NCBI GenBank assembly: GCA_002269645.1
Contig: NIVC01000754.1
Location: forward strand, 385,520-449,519
Direction: 5' to 3'
Length of the DNA: 64,000 nt
Source of the DNA: Macrostomum lignano
Taxonomy: Eukaryota
Shown here: one piece after another, positions 33,484-45,822 of the stretch
Layout of the letters: every line of letters begins with the position of its first letter
Position numbering within the stretch: position 1 is the first letter of the stretch
Notes under the pieces: generated by a model
Databases searched by the model: none
Told to the model about the DNA's origin: nothing
Seen by the model: the letters and a program-made list of their open reading frames with translations, nothing else
Position numbers and translations under genes: made by a program

Positions 33484-36027
33484 TCACACGAAACCATCCA
33501 ACTTTGAGTAAATCTTCAATCGTTCAACCGAAGCTTGAACAGACTGTTTCAACTGGGATCCCTCCGGGTGCACATCCGGGCACAGGCAGGTGAGCACAGA
33601 CTCAGCCCAGGCAGCAGGAGTGAGCAGGCAGCCGCTGAACAGGCGACAGACCTTTGCCAGGCACAACGGGCACAGCTCCAGAGGCTGGGTGAGCGCGGCC
33701 GCCATGGACTCGCTGCCGTTCATGTTGCAGGCGAAGCAGCAGCAGTGGTCCAGGCCCAGCAGGTGGCCCAGCTCGTGGCTCAGCACCTTGCGCACCCGCC
33801 AGTCGGCGCTGGTCAGCGGGTTGCCGCCGGCTCCGTCCGATTCTCCGTCGTCAAGGACGCCATCGTTGATAGGCGCCGAGGAGCCTCGGCCGAAGCACAC
33901 CACCGCCGCTTTGTGCATCGCCGATGACTGGCCGAGAATGAAGGCGCCGTTCTGTCCAGGCCCCAGCATGTCCGGCCCGGGGTACAGGTCCGTGTGGCAC
34001 ACGCCCACCTGGACTGAGGCACCGGTTGCTGCGGTGGCGGTAGGGTGATGCAGCAGCAGGCAGCGGAGCAACGAGCCCGCTTCGAAGCGAATGGAGCCTT
34101 TGATCTCCTGGGTAAGAAGCGGTGCTTGGGGAATTTAATTTGTGTGAGCAGCTCGGGATCTGCGAGGCTGGCCCAGTAACTGAGGATCTGCGAGGCTGGC
34201 CTAGCAACTGAGGATCTGCGAGGCTGGCCTAGCAACTGAGGATCTGCGAGGCTGGCCTAGCAACTGAGGATCTGGGAGGCTGGCCTAGCAACTGAGGATC
34301 TGCGAGGCTGGCCCAGCAACTGGGGATCTGCGAGGTGGCCCAGCAACTGAGGATCTGGGAGGCTGGCCCAGCAACTGGGGATCTGCGAGGCTGGCCTAGC
34401 AACTGAGTATCTGGAAGGCTGGCCCAGCAACTGGGGATCTGGGAGGCTGGCCCAGCAACTGACACTCTGGGAGGCTTGCCCAGCAACTGAGGATCTGGGA
34501 GACTGGCCAAGCAACTGAGGATCTGGGAGGCTTGCCCAGCAACTGAGGATCTGGGAGGCTTGCCCAGCAACTGAGGATCCGGGAGGCTTGCCTAGCAGCT
34601 GAGGATCTGGTAATCAAGCAGACACAACCGCACCCTGCGAACAACATCGTCCCGCGCAGCAAGAAAGCCGCACTCGGGCTGCAGCTGCAGGTCCAGGCAG
34701 GGAAAATAGGCCCTCAGGTAGGGCATGGCGTCCCTCAGGGCGGCCGAGAGCCGAGGCGGCAGCGGCTCCAGCTGGCGAATCAGGACAACCCGCTTGGCGC
34801 CTGACGAATCCGGGTTGAACCAGCTCAGCAGGTGGTTGAGCTGCATGCTCACCTGCGGGATTGATATTGATTAGAGAAATGGGGTGAGATTGATTAGATG
34901 GGAAAAGGGGTGAGATTAATTAAGAAATGGGGTGAGATTGATGGGAAATGGGGTGAGATTGATGGGGAAATGGGTGAGATTGATGGGGAAATGGGTGAGA
35001 TTGATGGGAAAAGGTGAAATTGATTAAGAAATGGGGTGAGATCGATAGGGAAATAGGTGAGGTTGATGGGAAAAGGTGAAATTGATTAAGAAATGGGGTG
35101 AGATCGATAGGGAAATAGGTGAGGTTGATGGGGAAATGGGTGAGATTGATGGGAAAAGGTGAGATTAATTAAGAAATGGGGTGAGATTGATGGGGAAATT
35201 GGTGAGATTGATTAGAGAAATGGGGTGAGATTGATTAGAGAAATGGGGTGAGATTGATTAGAGAAATGGGGTGAGATTGATTAGAGAAATGGGGTGAGAT
35301 TGATTAGAGAAATGGGGTGAGATTGATTAGAGAAATGGGGTGAGATTGATTAGAGAAATGGGGTGAGATTGATTAGAGAAATGGGGTGAGATTGATTAGA
35401 GAAATGGGGTGAGATTGATTAGAGAAATGGGGTGAGATTGATTAGAGAAATGGGGTGAGATTGATTAGAGAAATGGGGTGAGATTGATTAGAGAAATGGG
35501 GTGAGATTGATTAGAGAAATGGGGTGAGATTGATTAGAGAAATGGGGTGGATTGATTGAGAAATGGGGTGAGATTGATTAGAGCAATGGGTGAGATTGAT
35601 TAGAGCAATGGGTGAGATTGATTAGAGCAATGGGTGAGATTGATTAGAGCAATGGGTGAGATTGATTAGAGAAATGGGGTGAGATTGATTGGGAAATGGG
35701 GTGAGATTGATTGGGAAATGGGGTAAGATTGATAGTGTAATAGGGTGAGATTGATTGGAACGTGAGATGAGATTGATAGTTTTGTCTCACCTTCCACCGA
35801 CTGTAGGACTGCATTCTGCGCAGCTCAGCACTGGCTGGCTTCAGCTGCACAGCCAATGAGCTATCGGCAAGCAACCGCCTGAGTTCAGCCTCATCCTCAG
35901 GCTGATCTTCATTTGAGCTCCCAGCCGCCAACAGCCAGCGATGAAATCGGTGCGGCTCCAAACGCAGCAGGGACCGATTGGATCGATAAAAGCCGTCCCT
36001 GGGACAGCAACTGCCGCAGCTGGGCAT
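33484..36027 (-). CDS. AMZ2: Archaemetzincin (peptidase M54)-family zinc metalloprotease (~359 aa)
   Basis: Exons 36027-35791 (start uncertain), 34852-34634, 34107-33484. Motif HELGHLLGLDHCCCFACNMNGS-x13-LCPLC and DLYP..FILGQ. AMZ1 versus AMZ2 orthology is not resolvable here. Confidence 0.85.
34150..34610 (-). repeat. Family A 28-bp minisatellite, archaemetzincin intron 2
   Basis: Reverse complement of the HHAT unit (CCCAGCAACTGAGGATCTGGGAGGCTGG), about 16 copies. Confidence 0.95.
34860..35760. repeat. 23-bp minisatellite GAGATTGATTAGAGAAATGGGGT, archaemetzincin intron 1
   Basis: About 38 copies visible. Confidence 0.97.
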
Positions 36028-36149
36028 GCAATCAAATTCTGGCACTGAATTACCCGCGTTTTGATTGGCATGAAAGCGACAGTTGACTAAATGGTTTGGT
36101 CTGACTGGCTGGGGCAACACTTAGCCACTACTGATCTGTCATTCTCTAG

Positions 36150-36825
36150 AACAACTCTGATTGGCTAAGGCATCTCTTCGCCACTTCTACCCCTAGGAGA
36201 AATCCGATTGGCTAAGGCATCACTTCGCCACCTTTACCCCTAGGACAACTCTGATTGGCTAAGGCATCGCTCCGCCACTTCTAGCCCTAGGGCAACTCTG
36301 ATTGGCTAAGGCATCACTTCGCCACATTTACCCCTAGGACAACTCTGATTGGCTAAGGCATCACTTCGCCACCTTTACCCCTAGGACAACTCTGATTGGC
36401 TAAGGCATCACTCCGCCACTTCTACCCCTAGGTCAACTCTGATTGGCTAAGGCATCACTTCGCCACTTCTACTCCTAGGACAACTCTGATTGGCTAAGGC
36501 ATCACTTCGCCAGTTCTACCCATAGGACAGCTCTGATTGGCTAAGACATCACTTCGCCACTTCTACCCCTAGGACAACTCTGATTGGCTAAGGCATCACT
36601 TCGCCACATTTACCCCTAGGACAACAATGATTGGCTAAGGCACCACTTCGCCACCTTTACCCCTAGGACAACTCTGATTGGCTAAGGCATCACTTCGCCA
36701 CTTCTACCCCTAGGACAACTCTGATTGGCTAAAGCATCACTTCGCCACCTTTACCCCTAGGACAACTCTGATTGGCTAAGGCATCACTTCGACACTTTTA
36801 CCCCTAGGACAACTCTGATTTGACT
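36150..36825. repeat. 47-bp tandem repeat with one CCAAT box per unit, directly 5' of archaemetzincin
   Basis: Unit CTCTGATTGGCTAAGGCATCACTTCGCCACTTCTACCCCTAGGACAA, about 14 copies. Confidence 0.95.
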
Positions 36826-37794
36826 TAAATTATCCAATGCCTACTGCTCAGTCTAGCACTAGAAGACAGCTCTGACTTGCCGCGAGTGTCATAGTGGATG
36901 AAATTACTCAGTCACAAGGAGACGTAACGGTGTCAAATTATCGATGAGAACATATTAATTCGGGGGCACAATAAACGAATCAATCAAACTTTAAATCAAA
37001 GCTGTTTTACTGTAAGATTTTTATTTGCATTTAGTTTTGCTGTTTAAAAAATCTCAATAAATTAGTGACCTACTTAAAGTAGCAAGTGCAAGACAAGAAA
37101 ATTCAATGAAAATTTACTAATGTCTTTCTAAGAAAACAGAAGTGACAGCGTAAAAAGGGATTAATATTTATTTACAAAGCTAGCGAAGGTGCGCCAAATA
37201 AGCAGAAGCAAAACAACAGAAAAGCATAATTTGACTTGGCTAAATTTGTCTATCAAGCGATAACAATTTTTACAAGCACTCAAATTTGGAGTAGTTTAAG
37301 AGAAATAAGTAAATTAACAACAGCGGTCTAAAAGACTAGATATTCATTTGGTTATTAAATAAAATATTACTTTATATTAGGTGCGCCCGGAATACAGCAG
37401 AGATAACAAAGGAAATATTTTGTTCATAAATAATACAAGCGGACACACATGCATCAGAATAAGGGAACAGTAACAATAAGAAAAAGTTTGCATTGTTCTC
37501 AAAGGAAATTTATTCTCTCGCTTACAATCAAGCAGTGTTCGGGTTACTTAATTTATTAAAACTGCTGCATTTGTTCAACACGAAAAAACAATAATTGCAT
37601 TTTTAATTCATAGATAACAGTCATAAATTAGCTGTGCCGATTGCAGTGGGTACAAAACTAACTGAGACAGGGGTTGGTAGCAAGTGTCGCAAATAGGTGC
37701 AGTGCAGAGTCAATTTGCATTTAATACAGGTCACAGGGTGCGCCTTGTACGACTGCGGAAAGCATTGTGTAGCTGGGTTGGTGAGGGGGCGGGC

Positions 37795-37924
37795 ACAGAC
37801 AGATACTAAGACAGGCACTAAGACAGACAGACAAAGACAGAAAGACAGGCAGCACAGCACAGAAAGACGGATACTAAGACAGACAGACAGACAGACAGGC
37901 AGACAGAAAGACAGACAGACATTA

Positions 37925-37961
<37 letters not shown>

Positions 37962-38060
37962 GGCAGACAGAAAGACAGACAGACATTAAGAGAGACATAC
38001 AGACAGACAGTAAGACAGACAGACAGACAGACGGACAGAAAGACAGACAGACAAACAGGC

Positions 38061-38105
<45 letters not shown>

Positions 38106-38112
38106 CACACAC

Positions 38113-38150
<38 letters not shown>

Positions 38151-38174
38151 TCTCTGACAGTAAGACAGACAGGC

Positions 38175-38223
<49 letters not shown>

Positions 38224-38226
38224 CAC

Positions 38227-38264
<38 letters not shown>

Positions 38265-38305
38265 TCTCTGACAGTAAGACAGACAGGCAGACAGACAGAC
38301 AGAAA
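37795..38305. repeat. (CAGA)n microsatellite
   Basis: Directly visible; similar arrays at 30400-30490, 41465-42030 and 45660-45820. Confidence 0.97.
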
Positions 38306-38536
38306 CAAAAACTTTAGCCTGTTTAAAAGAGAATAAACAAAAGTTTATACTAATTGAAACCAACAAAGCAGAGCAAAGCAGAGTGCTTAACCAGCGAGCG
38401 CTGCAGTGACATCATAAGAGAAAATCAATCATATAAAAAATGAATCATTTTTACTGCCAAATTAGGCCAACCCAAGCCGTCTGTCCATAGTGAAGAAAGT
38501 TTTCCAATGGCCACTCACTAGGCAAGTACATTATTG

Positions 38537-41500
38537 TCAGCAAGAAGTTTCATCCAGCGACGCAAATGCGGGATTGTCGCTGGAAGCTGACGCGCTGTTG
38601 TGCTCGCGCCGATGCAGATGGCCGTGCTGATGCCGCAGCCTGTGGTACTGGGCAACGTTGAAGTCGTCTTCTTGATTGTCAGAGCCGTCTGGCTGCTTCT
38701 CTGCTTCTTCTCCTTCTTGTTGCCTCCGTTCGTTGTCGTCATTGTCGAAATTCTCCGGCACGGAGACAACTACGGGAGGCGATCTCGGTCGGCTGTCTTC
38801 ATCTAGCGGCTGCTCAGTCGAAGCGGCAGCTCTGGCTAGCAGAGGCCCGCGACTTTCGTCAATGTCGGCCATTTCGGTGGCAGACTGGGAGACGCCTAGC
38901 AGGGTCTGCTGGGTGTTCACGTTAGTCAGGTGCGAGCTGTCAGCAGGCAGGGTGCTCAAAGGTATTGCGCTGCTGCCGCAGGGGCCTTTATCATCCTGAG
39001 AAACACGAAGTTGTGGCGTTCTGATGCTTAACGTTTCTTAGAGAAGGTTGCAGAAGCTGATGTACATTGGGGCAGAGAGTTAGTGAGGTATTGGGCCTAG
39101 ATATACCTTGGTGCAGAGAGTTACATGTAGTAGGGTGGTTGAGCTAAATCTACATTGGGGCAGAGAGTTTGTGGGTGCTGGAGCTAGATGTACATTGGGG
39201 CAGAGCTAGTGGGCGGTGGAGCTAGATGTACATTGGGGGGGAGAGTTGGTGAGGTGGTGGCGCTAGATGAACATTGGAGCAGAGAGTTGGTGAGGTGGTG
39301 GAGCTAGATGTACATTGGGGCAGAGAGTTAGTGAGGGTGGACCTAGATGTACATTGGGGCAGAGAGTTAGTGAGGGTGGACCTAGATGTACATTGGGGCA
39401 GAGAGTTAGTGAGGGTGGACCTAGATGTACATTGGGGCAGAGAGTTAGTGAGGTGGTGGACCTAGATGTACATTGGGGCAGAGAGTTAGTGAGGTGGTGG
39501 AGCTAGATGAACATTGGAGCAGAGAGTTGGTGAGGTGGTGGAGCTAGATGTACATTGGGGGCAGAGAGTGAAGCGTACACTCACCATGCCGTCAGGCCTG
39601 CTTCGATTAATAGTCTGCCCGCTGCCGCTTGCAGTAGTGCCGCCGCCGCCGCTGGCGCCGCCGCCGCCGCTGGCGCCGCCGCCGCCACCGCACACGGACA
39701 CGAGAAACAGGCGAACCAGCCGCCTGTAGTGAGCACCCCTGCCCAGGTACACAACAGGTTTGAGCAGCAGGCACACAACAAACAGGAAATTGGATACCAC
39801 ATAGAACAGCAGCTCCAGCTGAGTTCTAGCCGCTGGGCCGTGGGATCTGACAATGTGAAATACCAAATTGGGGAATCTGCAGACAAACACGAGGCCTCCA
39901 ATCATGGCTACAATGTCGGCATTGACCGCCTCCTGTCTCAGCGTCCGGTCACGCTTCCGGTCGTCTGACAGAGCTTGACTGCGTCTGCTCGACGCTGCTC
40001 TTGCGTTACCTTCGCCGCTGCCTCCGCCGCGGTTCCTACTGGTGTTCTTGCTCACCATGTACTTGTCCAGCCGCTTGTACAGGCGGAAACAGGTGAACCC
40101 ACCGATGGTGAGGTAGGGAATGAAGAGCTCGATTGGTACCTGTATAGATTTCAGTGAGGATACGGATATAATGATACTGTTCTCTCAGATTGAAAGTGAT
40201 GCACTCAAGGGGGGGCATAGAAAGCTTTATGTAGAGGCAGGTCCGATACAATCAGGACAGAAAACTTCAGGTTCAATACATTCAGGACAGAAAACTTCAG
40301 GTTCAATATACATTCAGGACAGAAAGATTCAGGTGCGATAGATTCAGGATGACAGAAAACTTCAGGTGCGGTAGATTCAGAATGACAGAAAACTTCAGGT
40401 CCGATAGATTCAGAATGACAGAAAACTTCAGGTCCGATAGATTCAGAATGACAGAAAACTTCAGGTCCGATAGATTCAGAATGACAGAAAACTTCAGGTC
40501 CGATATATTCAGAATGACAGAAAACTTCAGGTGCGATAGATTCAGAATGACAGAAAACTTCAGGTCCGATAGATTCAGAATGACAGAAAACTTCAGGTGC
40601 GGTAGATTCAGAATGACAGAAAACTTCAGGTGCGATAGATTCAGAATGACAGAAAACTTCAGGTGCGATAGATTCAGAATGACAGAAAACTTCAGGTGCG
40701 ATAGATTCAGAATGACAGAAAACTTCAGGTCCGATAGATTCAGAATGACAGAAAACTTCAGGTGCGATAGATTCAGAATGACAGAAAACTTCAGGTGCGA
40801 TAGATTCAGGAGGACAGAAAACTTCAGGTCCGATAGATTCAGGAAACAAGCACCCTAACCATCAAGCTGCTCACACGCTCACCTTGAGCAGCTGATCCTC
40901 AATCTTCTGAAAGGTGCTATCAGCTCCCAGCTGGGTGAGACGCAGGGCCCGCCTGCCCTGGCTGTCGCTGTGGAACCAGTAGCGAAACATCTTGGGCATT
41001 GAGTACAGCAGTAGGGCCCCCGCCAAACTGCTCACGGTTGGCAGTACAAATTTGATTTTATTCAATCCGCACCTGTGCTGCACAAAGAGCACTATCAACA
41101 GGTACATACTGACTAGGTCAACCCATTCTAACAGGGGCTGGCCAATGGAGGCCAGGTACACGGTGAAGTTGTGGTACACCTGGCGCTGGACCGCCGCATC
41201 GCCGGGCAGGAAGTGAGTCACCGGCAGAAGCCCCAGCAGCAGGCAGGCGCAGGCGTCGAACAGGCACATGGCCGACAGGTAAAGCGAGGTGGCCGACCGT
41301 ACCGACCTGAGGGACATTTTCATGGGGTTGAGTCCAGTTTTAAATGCACATTTCCGCCGACCCCTCAGGCCTGAGCACGCTTAAAACCATAAGAAATTGA
41401 CACTGGCTAATATTACTAAAACAGTCCCCAAGTTAATGCGAAGGCGCAACAGATTGGACACAAAGACAGACAGGCGGACACATTCACACAGACAGACACA

Positions 41501-41629
41501 TAGACAGACAGACAGACAGATACAGACAGACAGGCAGACACAGACAGGCAGAGACAGACAGACAGACAGGCAGAGACAGACAGACAGACACAGACAGACA
41601 GACAGACAGGCAGAGACAGACAGACAGAC

Positions 41630-41664
<35 letters not shown>

Positions 41665-41717
41665 CAGACAGACAGACAGGCAGAGACAGACAGACAGGCA
41701 GAGACAGACAGACAGAC

Positions 41718-41748
<31 letters not shown>

Positions 41749-41751
41749 GGC

Positions 41752-41786
<35 letters not shown>

Positions 41787-41815
41787 GGCAGAGACAGACA
41801 GACAGACAGACAGAC

Positions 41816-41908
<93 letters not shown>

Positions 41909-44318
41909 AAGACACAGACAGGCAGACACAGACAGACAGACACACAGACAGACAGACAGACAGACACACAGACAGACAGGCAGACACAGACAGACAGACA
42001 GGCAGAGACAGACAGACAGACACAGACAGACATACCTGAAGCGGAACAGGGCCAGGAACACCAGCTGAGAGAACAGCGCGGCCAGGCACAGCACCAAGCC
42101 GAAGGGTCCAAGCAGCTGATGGCCCAGCGCAGCGGTTCTGTCGCTGCTGCACATGTAGGCATCGTAGCAGAGAACTCCAGCACCGGCTGGCTGGGCGGTG
42201 GCAAACTCGGGTGCCGAGGTGGTGGCGGCAGAGGCTCTGAGCTGGCTATCGATGCAGGCGTTGATGCTGTGAAGGCAGTCCAAGTTGACGCCGCTGCCGC
42301 CGCCTGCAGCGCTGGGGCCGTTGGCAGAGTAAGCCGCGGTGGTGAAGTTCGCTCCGCTGCTGGCGAGGTTGCTGCAGGAAACGCGTTGGATTGGTAGTGA
42401 GGGGTGAGTCAGCAGAGAGGTGGGTTCTTGTGTATTTAGGGGATCTACCCTGTAATTCAGTAGGAGCATCCACCTTATCTTCAGTAAGAGTAGGTTTGAG
42501 CATCCACCTTATCTTCAGTAAGAGTAGGTTTGAGCATCCACCTTATCTTCAGTAAGAGTAGGTTTGAGCATCCACCTTATCTTCAGTAAGAGTAGGTTTG
42601 AGCATCCACCTTATCTTCAGTAAGAGTAGGTTTGAGCATCCACCTTATCTTCAGTAAGAGTAGGTTTGAGCATCCACCTTATCTTCAGTAAGAGTAGGTT
42701 TGAGCATCCACCTTATCTTCAGTAAGAGTAGGTTTAAGCATCTACCTGATCTTCAGTAAGAGTAGGTTTGAGCATCCACCTTATCTTCAGTAAGAGTAGG
42801 TTTGAGCATCTACCTGATCTTTAGTAAGAGTAGGTTTGAGCATCCACCTTATCTTCAGTAAGAGTAGGTTTGAGCATCTACCTGATCTTTAGTAAGAGTA
42901 GGTTTGAGCATCTACCTGATCTTCAGTAAGAGTAGGTTTGAGCATCCACCTTATCTTCAGTAAGAGTAGGTTTGAGCATCCACCTTATCTTCAGTAAGAG
43001 TAGGTTTGAGCATCTACCTGATCTTCAGTAAGAGTAGGTTTGAGCATCTACCTGATCTTTAGTAAGAGTAGGTTTGAGCATCCACCTTATCTTCAGTAAG
43101 AGTAGGTTTGAGCATCTATATGATCTACAGTAAAAGGTTTTAGTATCTACCTGACCTTCAGTAAGAGTAGGTTTGAACATCTACCTGATCTTCAGTAAGA
43201 GTAGGATTCAGCATCTGCCTGACCTTCAGTAAGAGTGGATTTGAGCGTCTACCTGCCCTTCAGTAAAAGTAGATTTGAGCGTCTACCTGCCTTTCAGTAA
43301 GAGTGGATTTGAGCATCTACCTGACCTTCAGTAAGAGTGGATTTGAGCATCTACCTGACCTTCAGTAAGAGTGGATTTGAGCATCTACCTGCCTTTCAGT
43401 AAGAGTGGATTTGAGCATCTACCTGACCTTCAGTAAGAGTGGATTTGAGCATCTACCTGACCTTTAGTAAGAGTGGATTTGAGCATCTACCTGACCTTCA
43501 GTAAGAGTGGATTTGAGCATCTACCTGACCTTCCTGTCAAAAACTTAACCGTGACAAGAATCGCTATGAGTCACGAGCGCATCGTGTGTGAGTTGCAGAA
43601 TTGTGAAATAGTCGCGAAAATGTCATTCAAGAGTCGTTGTGTTAGTGCTTAACTTTCTACTAACTCAAGTAGACTAAATAGAGTTGTTATACGCGTAAAT
43701 GCAAGATGCGATTCCAAATCATAAATTGACGCAGATGTGCTTTAGACGCAACTTAGTGATTCTAGCACGCCTCAGATATTACTCTACGGCCCCAGAGTCG
43801 CAAACAATACGACGCAAGTGACTCAGGAACAGTTCTTGGCCTGGGTACCGATTTCCACGGACTTCAGTAAGAGTAGGTTCGAGCATCGACTCCATCTACT
43901 CAGCCCAGTGCCCCACAAAGTACTCGTACGAGAACACCTACGCGGCAACGGTGGTGGCAGCCGCAGCCACAGTGGAAGCCGCGGTGGATGTACCGCCACT
44001 CGAGCCCTCCGGCTGCGACACAGCGGCAGCGGCAGCCTGAGTAAACGCTGTATTGGTTGCTGAGGTGACCAACGATCTGGCAGTAGTATATGCGGTAGCA
44101 GTAGTACTTGGCTGTTGTATTGTAGTCGAAGGAACGGTAGTTGATTCCAAGGACAGATAATCTGCACACGCTTTGGAGTAGATCCTAGGGACAATGCCAG
44201 TGCGACAAAATTTCAGATAGCTGGAGAACAGGCGCTTGCCTGCTTCCTTCTGCTCATCTGTCAGATTGTCGTAGTTTTCGTTAGTAAAATCTGACATTGT
44301 AACCTTTGGAGTAGGCAT
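38537..44318 (-). CDS. Class A (rhodopsin-like) orphan/peptide-type GPCR (~716 aa) with long Thr/Ala-rich N-terminus and acidic C-tail
   Basis: Exons 44318-43942, 42371-42036, 41306-40883, 40139-39585, 38995-38537, all phase compatible. Seven hydrophobic segments, including YLSAMCLFD (TM2), LLYSMPKMF (TM4), FIPY (TM5), CRFPN (TM6), LKPVVY (TM7). A further 5' exon near 44907 is possible. Confidence 0.8.
39060..39570. repeat. 39-41-bp minisatellite AGATGTACATTGGGGCAGAGAGTTAGTGAGGGTGGACCT, GPCR intron
   Basis: About 12 copies visible. Confidence 0.93.
40250..40845. repeat. 33-bp minisatellite GACAGAAAACTTCAGGTCCGATAGATTCAGAAT, GPCR intron
   Basis: About 18 copies visible. Confidence 0.97.
42460..43532. 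repeat. 34-bp minisatellite GAGCATCCACCTTATCTTCAGTAAGAGTAGGTTT, GPCR intron
   Basis: About 31 copies with a gradient of variants; one detached copy at ~43860. Confidence 0.97.
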
Positions 44319-44464
44319 GATTGGCCTGTGAGTCTAGGGCTGTCTCTGAAATAGCAAGTAGTGGAAACCAGTTAACTCCAACTCCAACTCCAACTCCAGA
44401 TTTACTAATATTGTGACTGCATTCTAGCAGATAATCTGGAAGATATTTGGATCTAGATATGTAG

Positions 44465-44895
44465 GTGAGTGTACATTGGGGCAGAGATTGCGGGCTGGGG
44501 GTTGGCTGGCTCGTCGGCAGTGAGTGTACATTGGGGCAGAGATTGCGGGCTGGTCGGCAGCGAGTGTACATTGGGGCAGAGATTGCGGGCTGGGGGTTGG
44601 CTGGCTGGTCGGCAGCGAGTGTACATTGGGGCAGAGATTGCGGGCTGGTCGGCAGCGAGTGTACATTGGGGCAGAGATTGCGGGCTGGTCGGCAGCGAGT
44701 GTACATTGGGGCAGAGATTGCGGGCTGGGGATTGGCTGGCTGGTAGGCAGCGAGTGTACATTGGGGCAGAGATTGCGGGCTGGTCGGCAGCGAGTGTACA
44801 TTGGGGCAGAGATTGCGGGCTGGGGATTGGCTGGCTGGTAGGCAGCGAGTGTACATTGGGGCAGAGATTGCGGGCTGGTCGGCAGCGAGTGTACC
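44465..44895. repeat. 38/53-bp composite minisatellite GAGTGTACATTGGGGCAGAGATTGCGGGCTG...
   Basis: About 10 copies visible. Confidence 0.93.
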
Positions 44896-45664
44896 TTGAA
44901 TATATCATTTGTCTTACGATTACGATTCCTGAACTGATAACATAATTTAATATAAATAATGCAGGCAAAATTAGTATATTTAAAGAGAACATAAGCAAAA
45001 ACAGAGTATTTTCTAGGAAAACACAATAACATCAGTTGCAACGCATCTTCAGTACGTCTTTTTTCCACAGCTTCTGTAAAAATAAATCTTTTTGGGCATA
45101 AAAACAAAGTACAAATAAGAGCGAACGCAACGATCAATCAGCAATATTAGTTATCAACTGGACAGGATAGAACTGAGCCAAATGCTTGCGATTTTACAGA
45201 AAGCAGACACATAAGTAATATCAGATAGCTGGAGCTAGCTCAAGATATACACAACATTGGTCTGATTATGTGCAGACAGACAAACCAAAGCTGATATACT
45301 TCGAGAAGCTGAATTATATATTTAAATGTTAAATCTTTAATGTGTTTGATTATTATAATTGTTCGATTAGCGGTTGTTTAGATCTTGATTAAAGACGGAA
45401 GTAGCAATTAAGGCACAAAAATACGGCTATAAAAATGCAAAATATTGTTGCCTAGAAAAAAAGTTCTTAATTTATTTTAAACTGATATAAATATATATTA
45501 ATAGGAACACGTACAGTCGCTGTCAAAAATTTGCGACCTCATAAAGAACACTAATAAATGGATAAACAGACACAGATACAGATAGACACAAACGGCCGGA
45601 TACGGTGCACGCAGACCGACGGATCAGAAAGACTCGCTAACAGAGACAGACAGCCGAATAGAAA

Positions 45665-45821
<157 letters not shown>

Positions 45822-45822
45822 G

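Noticed and set aside
36150-43532. CRISPR-like appearance of 28-47-bp regular repeats
   Set aside because: Units are head-to-tail with no unique spacers, there are no cas genes, and the context is eukaryotic with introns.
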